Below are positions 57,301 to 64,000 of a stretch of 64,000 bases of DNA, in pieces. Both the position numbers and the translations under genes were made by a program. The first letter of the stretch is position 1; each line of letters starts with the position of its first letter. The notes under the pieces are model-generated. The model searched no databases. It was not told the DNA's origin and worked only from the letters and a program-made list of their open reading frames with translations. Location of the stretch: contig NIVC01000255.1 of NCBI GenBank assembly GCA_002269645.1, positions 124,001 to 188,000 on the forward strand. The letters are read 5' to 3'. The DNA comes from Macrostomum lignano (Eukaryota).

Positions 57301-58990
57301 AATGTCAGTGGATGTCAGACGGCATGACTGGTGAATGTCAGTGGGTGTCAGACGGCATGACTGGTGAATGTCAGTGAATGTCAGACAGCATGACTGGTGA
57401 ATGTCAGTGGGTGTCAGACGGCATGACTGGTGAATGTCAGTGAATGTCAGACAGCATGACTGGTGAATGTCAGTGGATGTCAGACGGCATGACTGGTGAA
57501 TGTCAGTGGATGTCAGACGGCATGACTGGTGAATGTCAGTGGATGTCAGACGGCATGACTGGTGAATGTCAGACGTCAGAGCTCTGCAGCCCCCCGCCCC
57601 CCTCCGCTCCCTTCCAACCCGGCGTCAGCAGCGGCCAAGAACCCCCTGATCAGCCCGCTGTCCTCGCACCCTGCCGGAGTCCTTGGCGGAGCCGGAGGCA
57701 GCGGAGGCGCAGGCGGGCTGATGTCGCGGTCCTCGCTGCTGCTGACTCCCATGAAGCCGCTGGCTGAGGAGGCCGCCAGCTTCGGCGGTCACCGCGGCGG
57801 CCCCGGCGGCGACTTCCTCGGCGAGGCGGACTTCCCCGACCGCGGCGGCGACGCGGCCTCTGAAGACAGCGACGGCGGTGACGGGGGCAGCCGGCGCCGG
57901 AATCCCTTCAACGAGGACTGCGGCGGGCGAATGCGGAAGAGCAAGTCGGAGAGGGCGCAGCTGACGCAGTCCATGTACCTGGACAGGGACACCTCGTGGG
58001 CGGCCTTCCAGCAGCAGGTGAGGATGTGAGGGAATCGGTCAGGTGGGATGTGAGGGAATCGGTCAGGTGGGATGTGAGAGAATCGGTCCAGTGGGATGTG
58101 AGGGAATCGGTCAGGTGGGATGTGAGGGAATCGGTCAGGTGGGATGTGAGGGAATCGGTCAGGTGTGATGTGAGGGAATCGGTCAGGTGGGATGTAAGGA
58201 AATCGGTCAGGTGGAATGTGAGGGAATTGGTCAGGTGGAATCTGAGGGAATCGGTCAGGTGGGATGTGAGGGAATCGGTCAGGTGGGGTTTGAGGGAATC
58301 GGTCAGGTGGGGTGTGAGGGAATCGGTCAGATGGGATGTGAGGGATTCGGTCAGGTGGGATCTGAGTGGGGAATCGGTCAGATGGGATGTCAAACCTGCC
58401 GCTCTCAGGAGGTGCCGCAGCCCGTGGACTCCGCAATCCTCGAGACCGCGCAGCCGCCACCCGCTGAGCCCCCGGAAGCTCCGTCGCTGACGCAGCCGCC
58501 GCCCCCGTCGGTCGGCACCGCGGCGGAGCAGGCGCCGGAGGTCGCGGAGGCCGGCGAAGGAGAGGACCTTGTCCGCCTCACCCGCCTGCTGCAGAGCCCC
58601 AAGCGGGCCGCCCAGAAGGCGCCGAACGGCGGAGGCGGTGACGAGGACTTCTCCGACAGCGCGTCAGCCTTCGGCTCCCGACAGGACCTCAGCGGCTCCG
58701 GCAGGGTGGACACCGCGCCGCCAGCCTGGCTGAAGCCGGGCGAGCCGTGTCTGGTGCAGCAGCCGCAGGGCGCGAAGCTGCCGGGTCACGTGAGGTTCTG
58801 CGGCCCGACCCAGTTCGCGGCGGGCACCTGGGTGGGGGTGGAACTGGACCAGCCCGAGGGCCGCAACGACGGCTCGGTGAAGGGCGTCAAGTACTTCAGG
58901 TGCAGGGCCCGGCACGGCCTGTTCGTCAGGCACGACAAGGTGCTGCAGCCGCGGAGGAGGGCGTCGCAGCAGATGAAGTCTGGAAAATGA
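13291..58990 (+). CDS. KIF13: Kinesin-3 motor, KIF13A/B (Khc-73/KLP-4) orthologue with FHA and C-terminal CAP-Gly; multi-exon
   Basis: Exons inferred with GT-AG junctions and consistent phases: 13291-13348 ([19 protein letters not shown]), 16000-16069, 16157-16245, 17151-17521, 23510-24319, 25204-25334, 26149-26270, 26355-26477, 32166-33109, 33500-33695, 36925-37712, 40847-41287, 52199-52424, 53149-53169?, 54191-54250, ~57590/57629-58017, 58409-58990. Confidence 0.93.
14373..14749. repeat. 188-bp AT-rich tandem duplication in KIF13 intron 1
   Basis: 14373-14560 is repeated almost identically from 14561. Confidence 0.9.
16400..17030. repeat. Intronic minisatellite, ~30 bp unit GGGACCCACTGAAGGATCTGGAAGA
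   Basis: Directly visible. Confidence 0.95.
17151..17521 (+). CDS. KIF13: KIF13 exon: motor domain P-loop
   Basis: [56 protein letters not shown]. Confidence 0.97.
17567..20195. repeat. Intronic minisatellite, ~38-42 bp unit CTCAGATCA(A/G)TTGAGTAGGTTTGCATGCAGAT(AG)
   Basis: Homogeneous 2.6-kb tandem array with no unique spacers. Confidence 0.97.
21255..21520. repeat. (GA/GAGT)n low-complexity tract
   Basis: Directly visible. Confidence 0.85.
22611..23415. repeat. Intronic minisatellite, 15 bp unit GATGGGATCTGAGA with interspersed longer variant
   Basis: Directly visible. Confidence 0.95.
23510..24319 (+). CDS. KIF13: KIF13 exon: switch I/II, neck and start of FHA region
   Basis: [60 protein letters not shown]. 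Confidence 0.97.
24320..24725. repeat. 10-bp repeat GTGAGACTAG(G) beginning at the splice donor
   Basis: AAG|GTGAGACTAGGGTGAGACTAGG... Confidence 0.93.
25204..26270 (+). CDS. KIF13: KIF13 FHA-domain exons (25204-25334, 26149-26270)
   Basis: [14 protein letters not shown] and [30 protein letters not shown]. Confidence 0.9.
25360..26075. repeat. Intronic minisatellite, ~42 bp unit GATAGATATCCTACTGTGTGATCTAGTGAGATTGGATTCCCC
   Basis: Directly visible. Confidence 0.95.
26520..26942. repeat. Intronic minisatellite, 30 bp unit ATGGAGGGTCAGAGAGGGTGTAGGAGTGGA
   Basis: Directly visible. Confidence 0.95.
27530..27860. repeat. 12-bp repeat GTAGATCTGTCT
   Basis: Directly visible. Confidence 0.9.
28470..29045. 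repeat. ~65 bp tandem repeat CATATCGGTAGGGAGCTAATTAAGCTACGTGTGTATAGTACTG...
   Basis: About 9 diverged copies. Confidence 0.9.
29740..30332. repeat. (TCTG/TGTG)n microsatellite
   Basis: Directly visible. Confidence 0.97.
30795..30875. repeat. (AG)n microsatellite
   Basis: Directly visible. Confidence 0.95.
31083..32025. repeat. Minisatellite, 18-21 bp unit GTCTGTAAGCCTGTATTAGT
   Basis: Directly visible. Confidence 0.95.
32166..33109 (+). CDS. KIF13: KIF13 stalk exon
   Basis: [74 protein letters not shown]. Confidence 0.93.
33124..33465. repeat. (TCTG)n microsatellite filling a KIF13 intron
   Basis: Directly visible. Confidence 0.97.
33500..37712 (+). CDS. KIF13: KIF13 stalk exons (33500-33695, 36925-37712)
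   Basis: [28 protein letters not shown]; [13 protein letters not shown]; [15 protein letters not shown]; [15 protein letters not shown]; [11 protein letters not shown]. Confidence 0.92.
33795..34375. repeat. 15-bp repeat GAGAAAATCTCACCT
   Basis: Directly visible; degenerates towards the right. Confidence 0.93.
34780..36415. repeat. Minisatellite, 21 bp unit CCGCTGTCTCCTCTCACCTCT
   Basis: Directly visible; source of ORFs between 34726 and 36495. Confidence 0.97.
36600..36924. repeat. Two adjacent short arrays (CCCATCACACAGAC; 23-bp CGCGCCCTTCAAACGTACCCCAT) ending at the splice acceptor
   Basis: The last unit ends ACCCCAG|, forming the acceptor of exon 36925. Confidence 0.9.
37860..39585. 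repeat. Minisatellite, ~21 bp unit CAGACTGACAGGCAGATTATA
   Basis: Directly visible, with a higher-order duplicated block (about 38040-38400 repeated at about 38420-38780). Confidence 0.95.
40125..40818. repeat. Minisatellite, ~23 bp unit GCTGGGATCTGAGGACTGGCTGA
   Basis: Directly visible. Confidence 0.95.
40847..41287 (+). CDS. KIF13: KIF13 exon immediately upstream of the Maverick insertion
   Basis: CCCCAG| [13 protein letters not shown]...[12 protein letters not shown]...[26 protein letters not shown]; donor GTGAGT at 41288, alternative GTCATG at 41267. Confidence 0.88.
41365..41370. other. Left target-site duplication CATAAG (right copy at 51997-52002)
   Basis: Identical hexamer abuts both termini; a 6-bp TSD is typical of Maverick integrases. 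Confidence 0.95.
41371..41738 (+). repeat. Left terminal inverted repeat
   Basis: Reverse complement of the right end, with scattered substitutions and a different number of internal repeat units. Confidence 0.92.
42217..42986 (+). pseudogene. Protein-primed family B DNA polymerase (pPolB) remnant: N-terminal region plus motif-B fragment
   Basis: ORF 42217-42648 reads through a stop into [11 protein letters not shown] (the Maverick pPolB N-terminal GSGW motif). Another frame at 42729-42986 gives [28 protein letters not shown]...[34 protein letters not shown], matching KNxFEKDFxKLMNNSxFGKTMENVRKR...KPIYxG. Confidence 0.82.
43200..43490. repeat. Three diverged ~120-bp direct repeats inside the Maverick
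   Basis: CCATTGAAAT(G/A)(T/C)ATGTATTTT...ATGC...TTTTCGT at about 43205, 43332 and 43441. Confidence 0.8.
43602..44820 (+). CDS. Retroviral-like (rve) DDE integrase with C-terminal chromodomain; two exons (43602-43739, 43846-44820)
   Basis: Spliced product MKKKK...[12 protein letters not shown]...FSVGQ|[14 protein letters not shown]; catalytic [26 protein letters not shown]; chromodomain WIIDKVL...[15 protein letters not shown]. Confidence 0.92.
44817..45597 (+). pseudogene. Penton / minor capsid protein, one frameshift
   Basis: N half [24 protein letters not shown] and [14 protein letters not shown]; C half in another frame [21 protein letters not shown]...TVLTFELR; shift near 45180-45200. 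Confidence 0.75.
45579..45842 (+). CDS. Small basic (Lys-rich) putative core/DNA-packaging protein, 87 aa
   Basis: Lies between penton and MCP; FYRGS..PHGHG N-terminus and [15 protein letters not shown] tail. Confidence 0.5.
   Translation: MDIRQVTEFYRGSCFKLPHGHGYPTSLLSRLPPETHENAVLLSRIPPPSQKKHKKTPKIKPKKSKPVPTKKRKIPLKTVNRVLDSLS
45842..46750 (+). pseudogene. Major capsid protein (double jelly roll), two frameshifts, C-terminally deleted
   Basis: [41 protein letters not shown]; then a second frame YYPDTAG...[13 protein letters not shown]...LTR...[14 protein letters not shown]; then a third frame RRELQTF...[29 protein letters not shown]. Confidence 0.85.
46751..47074 (+). pseudogene. Adenain-type cysteine protease, C-terminal part fused in frame to the MCP remnant
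   Basis: GSNHWIA (His), [24 protein letters not shown] (Gln oxyanion residue and Cys); the N-terminal residues are missing. Confidence 0.85.
47096..47689 (+). CDS. A32/FtsK-like genome-packaging ATPase
   Basis: Walker [10 protein letters not shown], Walker [47 protein letters not shown]. The 5' end has a 10-bp tandem duplication, so the true start is uncertain. Confidence 0.92.
   Translation: MMMVSGPSRAGKSTFCLRLLSQRLLLFDQPPKRMIWYHGCPQPELHATLRRLGVQVCEGLSNLDLQPHDLIVIDDLLDEAAASRELRHLFTREAHHKPCFVILITQNLFFKGREWRTISINCTYIVLFNNPRDASAVQALSQQCFPKRRTLLVELMDRLVRDGDQRYLLLDFHPASPHELRLRANFLPDEAPQRVYL
47720..48052 (+). CDS. Conserved Maverick/adintovirus small protein (the so-called GasderminX-type ORF)
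   Basis: [16 protein letters not shown]...[16 protein letters not shown] matches the recurrent ICEC..NxLxG..L.....LxRxKxxLRxLA pattern found after the ATPase. Confidence 0.65.
   Translation: MDKHIAVITVFCEGTISLHRCILTYANKSTICFLVECIINLLAGKVCCEDSLKRRLRRYRNTLRLVAQSKSVKEARRNLSHPHILRCLPLILTCIKRHVQGNDTGTPVAV
48012..48608 (+). CDS. Conserved Maverick hypothetical protein, 198 aa
   Basis: KEMILVP start, [18 protein letters not shown] and PPNGINEF..L...VP motifs typical of this Maverick ORF family; ends with KW. Confidence 0.7.
   Translation: MYKEMILVPRLQYEALVNQRGMETVCEPELEAEKQLRKIRDERCVQQLQASATQEQPPVIHKEPQWKEVLYLTVNQKWHHRLQALISFITVKCKSISIDDTYEVSVNGKPLYNSNIVDLLHFIVKDTYSKYLQPPNGINEFVTCLQENHVPLSAVGLNTTKLLEKPREEKSSPKKPRLQGYKKTQSQKGYGKWIKWPR
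48605..49030 (+). pseudogene. DEDD-like 3'-5' exonuclease, one frameshift
   Basis: MIVIDFEGF...FVIKEIA...[11 protein letters not shown], continuing in another frame [12 protein letters not shown]...VYDL...[13 protein letters not shown]; shift near 48840. Confidence 0.7.
49044..49051 (+). promoter_or_regulatory. Canonical TATA box (TATAAAAG) upstream of the TBP-like gene
   Basis: Exact consensus about 50 nt before ATG 49097; AATAAA at about 49822 downstream of the stop. Confidence 0.5.
49097..49696 (+). CDS. TATA-binding-protein (TBP)-like protein, 199 aa, encoded by the Maverick
   Basis: Bipartite TBP repeat pattern: TNIV..ADL..V.L..LA; AVVM...[21 protein letters not shown]; PLRL; [10 protein letters not shown]; [16 protein letters not shown]. 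Confidence 0.85.
   Translation: MAATIRVTNIVTGADLATRVALPQLANFLTLHLPQYHTIRHRLVHPRTLAVVMKSGQHRVTALVYPTGQVSVCGAKSMEEALAETEKIVKLCADFLRLTSLPQIRIKTITSVTTFPAGRHPLRLGEVKSKWPDRATYEPEMFNGLVLEFTASVKLILFHSYRCIIAGARSVVEAQTAADALSRILHADQASEPTLLDSD
50129..50824 (-). CDS. PC4/Sub1-like (transcription coactivator, ssDNA-binding) domain protein
   Basis: [30 protein letters not shown] fits the PC4 signature IDIRExY...PGxKGISLTxxQWxxL. ATG at 50824 (the track uses GTG 50833); TATATAA about 40 nt upstream; polyA signals on the minus strand near 49885. Confidence 0.65.
   Translation of the reverse strand: MNFKTLSNRFRIGVRSHSKCISIRKWYKFDEEYRPGLPGMELTVHQFCHLGSLKERLEEFARKCIDAQCLLGGNRQVVVQNGVITLWRLPTVLGPPVHLRHALPLPTKLWREVWAQKHWVLDKIDKREPPVKPPIGDPWWMGYHPTEPEECAAWAARLTLDQLIQVPDRQPAEWDDHWEAFQAVQAEFRKRFASETLEEPSTAEKNQQPSCHQPPMKRRAMHEATTGHFVK
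50894..51090. repeat. Two ~77-bp direct repeats upstream of the PC4-like gene
   Basis: CCAGCTCC..TCCATAGCAATAAC.AATCCGAACCCC...GCAGGAACTC at about 50894 and 51015. Confidence 0.85.
51340..51996 (-). repeat. Right terminal inverted repeat with expanded internal ~33-bp array
   Basis: Matches the left TIR; the unit GGGGTCTTGGTATGGGATGCACGGGGTGCAGGACAGGA occurs about 10 times here versus 1-2 times on the left. Confidence 0.92.
52505..53085. repeat. Minisatellite, ~21 bp unit CTGTCCCCTCTGTACCCT(CTC/ACC)
   Basis: Directly visible. Confidence 0.95.
53445..54000. repeat. (CTCTCAT)n pyrimidine-rich repeat
   Basis: Directly visible. Confidence 0.93.
54525..55350. repeat. 20-bp minisatellite GAGACTGAGATACTCTG(G/A)GT; a second block at 56325-56480
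   Basis: Directly visible. Confidence 0.95.
55474..56324. mobile_element. Unclassified ~850-bp insert flanked by a duplicated host segment; contains two diverged structured units
   Basis: Lies between identical copies of about 128 bp of unique sequence (55346-55473 and 56469-56596), each preceded by the same minisatellite; no recognisable protein. Confidence 0.4.
57055..57575. repeat. Minisatellite, ~33 bp unit GTCAGTGGATGTCAGACGGCATGACTGGTGAAT
   Basis: Directly visible. Confidence 0.95.
58018..58390. repeat. 24-bp repeat GTGAGGGAATCGGTCAGGTGGGAT filling the last KIF13 intron
   Basis: Starts at the donor and ends close to the acceptor. Confidence 0.95.
58409..58990 (+). CDS. KIF13: KIF13 terminal exon with CAP-Gly domain
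   Basis: [49 protein letters not shown] (GKNDG-type motif); stop at 58988-58990. Confidence 0.95.
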   Translation, partial: EVPQPVDSAILETAQPPPAEPPEAPSLTQPPPPSVGTAAEQAPEVAEAGEGEDLVRLTRLLQSPKRAAQKAPNGGGGDEDFSDSASAFGSRQDLSGSGRVDTAPPAWLKPGEPCLVQQPQGAKLPGHVRFCGPTQFAAGTWVGVELDQPEGRNDGSVKGVKYFRCRARHGLFVRHDKVLQPRRRASQQMKSGK

Positions 58991-59014
58991 AATGGCGGCT
59001 CTCGTTTGGTGTTC

Positions 59015-59505
59015 TCCATCAGCCTCTCCATCAGCCTCTCCATCAGCCTCTCCAGCTTCCCCATCAGCCTCTCCATCAGCCTCTCCATCAGCCTCTCCAG
59101 CTTCCCCATCAGCCTCTCCATCAGCCTCTCCAGCTTCCTCATCAGCCTCTCCAGCTTCCCCATAAGCCTCTCCAGCTTCCCCATCAGCCTCTCCAGCTTC
59201 CCCATCAGCCTCTCCAGCTTCCCCATCAGCCTCTCCAGCTTCCCCTTCAGCCTCTCTAGCCTCCCCATCAGCCTCTCCAGCTTCTCCATCAGCCTGTCCA
59301 GCTTCCTCATCATTCTCTCCAGCTTCCCCATCAGCCTCTCCAGCTTCCCCATCAGCCTCTCCAGCTTCCCCATCAGCCTCTCCAGCTCCCCCATCAGCCT
59401 CTCCAGCTTCCCCATCAGCCTCTCCAGCTTCCCCATCAGCCTCTCCAGCTTCCCCATCTGCCTCTCCAGCTTCCCCATCTGCCTCTCCAGCTTCTCCATC
59501 AGCCT
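59015..59505. repeat. 21-bp repeat CCATCAGCCTCTCCAGCTTCC in the KIF13 3' region
   Basis: Directly visible. Confidence 0.95.
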
Positions 59506-60196
59506 CTCTACAGGTGAAACCCCACTGAGCCTGCAAGCTTCTGTGCTGCATCAGTCCAATTCCCATTGCTGATCACCTCAAGCAATGGTCAGTCACCTGT
59601 CAATCAAAGCCGATCAGCCTCGAGTCCCCACAACCAGTGTCAGTCCCAGCCAGTCCCCAGTTAATCTGCATTCATTCCCCAGTCACAGTTCCAACAATCT
59701 TCTCTGTTGCATAATCGAACTGATTTATTTATTGTGATGTACTACTGATTCACAATTTGTTATAAGTAGTAAGTCATGCGTTTTGTGCGTCTTTTTTGTC
59801 ACGCAGTTCTTCAGTCCCGAGGAAAGTATTCCATTAATTGCTGCTATTGGCCTTTTTACGAATTGGAATTGCTTGTCAGTTTTGCTTTTTTATTTCCTGA
59901 GTTGATTGCCTTCACCCCGGATGGCACTGCAGTCTGTCAGTATTTGTGTCACCTTCAGTACCTGCTGCTCGACTCCTTCATTCATTTGGTGATTTTGTCC
60001 CAAACCATGCGGTCTGTCCCGACCTGGACTGTCACCTCCCAATGTGATTGACATTGTCTGCGGATTGAAGCGTTTGTGTTTTTTTACCTGCATCTGCATT
60101 GACAACTAATAAATATGCGCTGATATACTACTCGTACTGACTACTTAGCTGGTTTCAGAACACTTCAATACATTCAGCCGCTGTTCTCTGAGGCCT

Positions 60197-61135
60197 TGTA
60201 GCTCAATATGGAAGATTACATGTAGCTCAATATGGAAGATTACATGTTGCTCAATATGGAATATTACATGTAGCTCAATATGGAAGATTACATGTAGCTC
60301 AATATGGAAGATTACATGTAGCTCAATGTGGAAGATTACATGTAGCTCAATATGGAAGATTACATGTAGCTCAATGTGGAAGATTACATGTAGCTCAATA
60401 TGGAAGATTACATGTAGCTCAATATGGAATATTACATGTAGCTCAATATGGAATTGATTACATGTAGCTCAATATGGAAGATTACATGTAGCTCAATATG
60501 GAAGATTACATGTAGCTCAATATGGAATATTACATGTAGCTCAATATGGAAGATTACATGTAGCTCAATATGGAAGATTACATGTAGCTCAATATGGAAG
60601 ATTACATGTAGCTTAATATGGAAGATTACATGTAGCTCAATATGTAAGATTACATGTAGCTCAATATGGAAGATTACATGTAGCTCAATATGGAATATTA
60701 CATGTAGCTCAATATGGAATATTACATGTAGCTCAATATGGAAGATTACATGTAGCTCAATATGGAATATTACATGTAGCTCAATATGGAATTGATTACA
60801 TGTAGCTCAATATGGAAGATTACATGTAGCTCAATATGGAAGATTACATGTAGCTCAATATGGAAGATTACATGTAGCTCAAAGTGGAATATTACATGTA
60901 GCTCAATATGGAAACATGTAGCTCAATATGGAAGATTACATGTAGCTCAATATGGAAGATTACATGTAGCTCAATATGGAAGATTACATGTAGCTCAATA
61001 TGGAAGATTACATGTAGCTCAATATGGGAGATTACATGTAGCTCAATATGGAAGATTACATGTAGCTCAATGTGGAAGATTACATGTAGCTCAATATGGA
61101 AGATTGCATGTAATTGAGCTACATATTGAGCTACA
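60197..61135. repeat. 24-bp repeat GTAGCTCAATATGGAAGATTACAT
   Basis: Directly visible. Confidence 0.96.
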
Positions 61136-61519
61136 TGTAATGTTGTAAGCTAAATGCATGCAACTATGCCCTTCAAACTCTAAAATTCGATTTGATCAAC
61201 AAGCCAAGGAATTGTCCCAGGAAGACAAATCCAGTTGCTTCACAATATCAATTGAACTTTGTTTGTCAGGGTTGGTGAATTGAATGTGAATTTGGAGTCT
61301 GTGACTGAACTTTTTGTGAATGAAGGGAGGGTGCTGAATGATTGGAAGTAAAGGTTTGAGTTAAGAGTCTCTGCTTATCGTGCCTTTTTAAACTAAAATT
61401 TGACAAGTAGTAAGCTTGTCAGTAGTACTTACTGCTTGTCAATAGACATACAGATAAGTCGTAGCTAGTACTTCTATTAATGAAAATAATTCACTTCAAG
61501 CACTTGATCAAGTACAACT

Positions 61520-62495
61520 GATGCTACAGGGACTTGTACAGCTGCTGCTACAGGGACTTGTACAGCTGCTGCTACAGGGACTTGTACAGCTGCTGCTACA
61601 GGGACTTGTACAGCTGCCGCTACAGGGACTTGTACAGCTGCTGCTAAAGGGACTTGTACAGCTGCTGTTACAGGGACTTGTACAGCTGCTGCTACAGGGA
61701 CTTGTACAGCTGCTGTTACAGGGACTTGTACAGCTGCTGCTAAAGGGACTTGTACAGCTGCTGTTACAGGGACTTGTACAGCTGCTGCTACAGGGACTTG
61801 TACAGCTGCTGCTACAGGGACTTGTACAGCTGATGCTACAGGGACTTGTACAGCTGCTGTTACAGGGACTTGTACAGCTGCTGCTAAAGGGACTTGTACA
61901 GCTGCTGTTACATGGACTTGTACAGCTGCTGCTACAGGGACTTGTACAGCTGATGTTACAGGGACTTGTACAGCTGATGCTACAGGGACTTGTACAGCTG
62001 ATGCTACAGGGACTTGTACAGCTGCTGCTACAGAGACTTGTACAGCTGCTGCTACAGGGACTTGTACAGCTGCTGTTACAGAGACTTGTACAGCTGCTGC
62101 TACAGGGACTTGTACAGCTGCTGCTACAGAGACTTGTACAGCTGCTGTTACAGGGACTTGTACAGCTGCTGTTACAGGGACTTGTACAGCTGATGCTACA
62201 GGGACTTGTACAGCTGCTGCTACAGAGACTTGTACAGCTGCTGCTACAGGGACTTGTACAGCTGCTGCTACAGGGACTTGTACAGCTGATGCTACAGGGA
62301 CTTGTACAGCTGCTGTTACAGGGACTTGTACAGCTGCTGCTAAAGGGACTTGTACAGCTGCTGTTACAGGGACTTGTACAGCTGCTGCTAAAGGGACTTG
62401 TACAGCTGCTGTTACAGGGACTTGTACAGCTGCTGCTACAGAGACTTGTACAGCTGCTGCTACAGAGACTTGTACAGCTGCTTCTACAGAACAAT
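61520..62495. repeat. 24-bp repeat GGGACTTGTACAGCTGCTGCTACA
   Basis: Directly visible. Confidence 0.96.
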
Positions 62496-62866
62496 TACTT
62501 GTACAGCCGACTTTCCAGAAAGGCACAATTATCTGCGTGAATGCATATTTGAGTTGCTTTTTTGGCTCGTTAATTGTTGATTTTATTTAATAAATGCCAG
62601 TAAAAAAGTGCAGCAAGCTTCAAGCCCTCTTTATTCCTTAGAGCTGAGATTGAATTTTGCATCAATTCTGCGCAAACATTTACCCCTGATTCAAATGATA
62701 AAGCAAAAACTGAGAAAATTTTCTTCTCTCAGAGCTGCTTCTGCGCAATTGCGTTTGTTTAGCCACCTGTCTGCTCGAGTGGATAAATGCTGACTCGCGA
62801 TGCCTGCTCAAATTCGCAACTCAAAGTGGCCGCTCCAATCAGCGACTCCCATTGGCGACTCAGCAA

Positions 62867-64000
62867 ATGCAGCACCGCCAGCTACTCGCTGCCTGCCTCA
62901 CCGCAGCCACTGCAGCTCTGCTGCTCACCGGCGCCGCCTCTGCTCAGTGTCCCGGACACGGCTGGACACACCGAGCTCACTCATGCTACAAGTGGTTCAG
63001 CGAGCCGAACTACTGGTTTCAGGCCGAGCAGACGTGTCTGTCTCACCGGGCTCAGCTCGCGTCCATCCAAAGTGAGCAAGAGAACCGACTGGTAGGTCGA
63101 CTGTCTCACTGCAGAGACGCCTGGATCGGTTTGTTCGGCACCGACCTCGACCGTCTGGCCGACCCTACAAGCTACAGGTGGACGGACGGCGTAGGCGGCG
63201 TAGGGAGCTTCGAGAGACACAACTTCTCTCAGCTGGACAGCGTTCACAAGCCTCTGATCCGAAGTGACGGTGAGTGGTGGCTCAACTCACTGTATCACGA
63301 GCGGCACCCGTTTGTGTGCAAGTTGAGCGCCAACTCCAGCAGTCTCGTCGACTTGTGGTGGCGGTCGAAGGGCCGATGTCCCAGCGGCTGGTGGCTGCAC
63401 GACGAGCAGTGCTACGTGATGCCGCAGTTTGAGGCCAACTTCAACGAGGCCAACTTCTACTGCCAGCGAAACTCGTCGCAGCTGGCGTCGGTGCTCACCC
63501 AGTCTGAGCTGGACTTTGTGAACAAGCTCAGCTTCGGAATCGACAGCTGCGAGTCGGCAGAGCTGCTCGACTCGGTGTGGCTCGGCCTCATCAAGCTAAA
63601 CCCCTGCTTCCCTGACAGTGCGGGTCGCGAGCTCTGCTACCAGTGGACGGATTTCTCAGGGAAACACGACAACAAGCTGCCCGCATGGGAGACTGGACAC
63701 CCGGACAGTGCGGACTGGACTGTGAACTGCGTCACGCTGTCAGCTGGTCGACTGCGCAGTGACAGGTGCCACAGCAGGCACAGGTTCGTGTGCAAGACGG
63801 AGGCGTCGGACGGCATTGTGGCTGCGTTCGACTTCAGGAGGGGCCTCGACAACCTGGTGGACCCGCGCACCTTCGCCATTGAGGACCAGTTCGGCGTGAA
63901 GAGGTCGGCAGAGGACGGGGCCTGCTTCAAGCAGAATTCAAGTGCCAGTTATGGGGAGCTCTACAATGTCGGAGCTCCCGTGGCATTCAATGAGTCGATC
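62867..64000 (+). CDS. Second C-type lectin (two CTLDs plus LamG-like), inverted paralogue of 9799-11580; runs off the window
   Basis: ATG CAG CAC CGC at 62867; the frame stays open to 64000 (hence absent from the ORF track); near-identical to copy 1 through both CTLDs, lacks the repeat linker, and diverges after GACFK (about 63931). Confidence 0.9.
   Translation, partial: MQHRQLLAACLTAATAALLLTGAASAQCPGHGWTHRAHSCYKWFSEPNYWFQAEQTCLSHRAQLASIQSEQENRLVGRLSHCRDAWIGLFGTDLDRLADPTSYRWTDGVGGVGSFERHNFSQLDSVHKPLIRSDGEWWLNSLYHERHPFVCKLSANSSSLVDLWWRSKGRCPSGWWLHDEQCYVMPQFEANFNEANFYCQRNSSQLASVLTQSELDFVNKLSFGIDSCESAELLDSVWLGLIKLNPCFPDSAGRELCYQWTDFSGKHDNKLPAWETGHPDSADWTVNCVTLSAGRLRSDRCHSRHRFVCKTEASDGIVAAFDFRRGLDNLVDPRTFAIEDQFGVKRSAEDGACFKQNSSASYGELYNVGAPVAFNESI

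Overview
Eukaryotic (metazoan) genomic DNA with GC-rich exons and a different minisatellite in almost every intron. This resembles flatworm genomes such as Macrostomum, which is an inference only. Host genes: the last three exons of an SLC17-like MFS transporter (+), an intronless rhodopsin-class peptide GPCR (-), a secreted two-CTLD plus LamG-like lectin (-) with an inverted paralogue at the right end (+), and a ~46 kb multi-exon kinesin-3 gene of the KIF13/Khc-73 type (motor, FHA, CAP-Gly; 13291-58990, +). One kinesin intron contains a complete-ended 10,626 bp Maverick/Polinton (adintovirus-like) endogenous DNA virus at 41371-51996, with AGTAGT...ACTACT termini, long TIRs and a 6-bp target-site duplication (CATAAG). 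It carries an integrase split by an apparent GT-AG intron, penton, major capsid, adenain protease, packaging ATPase and an eroded protein-primed PolB. At its right end it also carries an unusual transcription-related module: a DEDD-like nuclease, an intact TATA-binding-protein (TBP) homologue and a convergent PC4-like gene. A second unexplained item is a pair of diverged ~155-nt structured-RNA-like units in an ~850 bp insert at 55.5-56.3 kb. Nearly all long low-complexity ORFs in the supplied track are artefacts of tandem repeats. All family assignments are from motif recognition by eye; no database searches were run.
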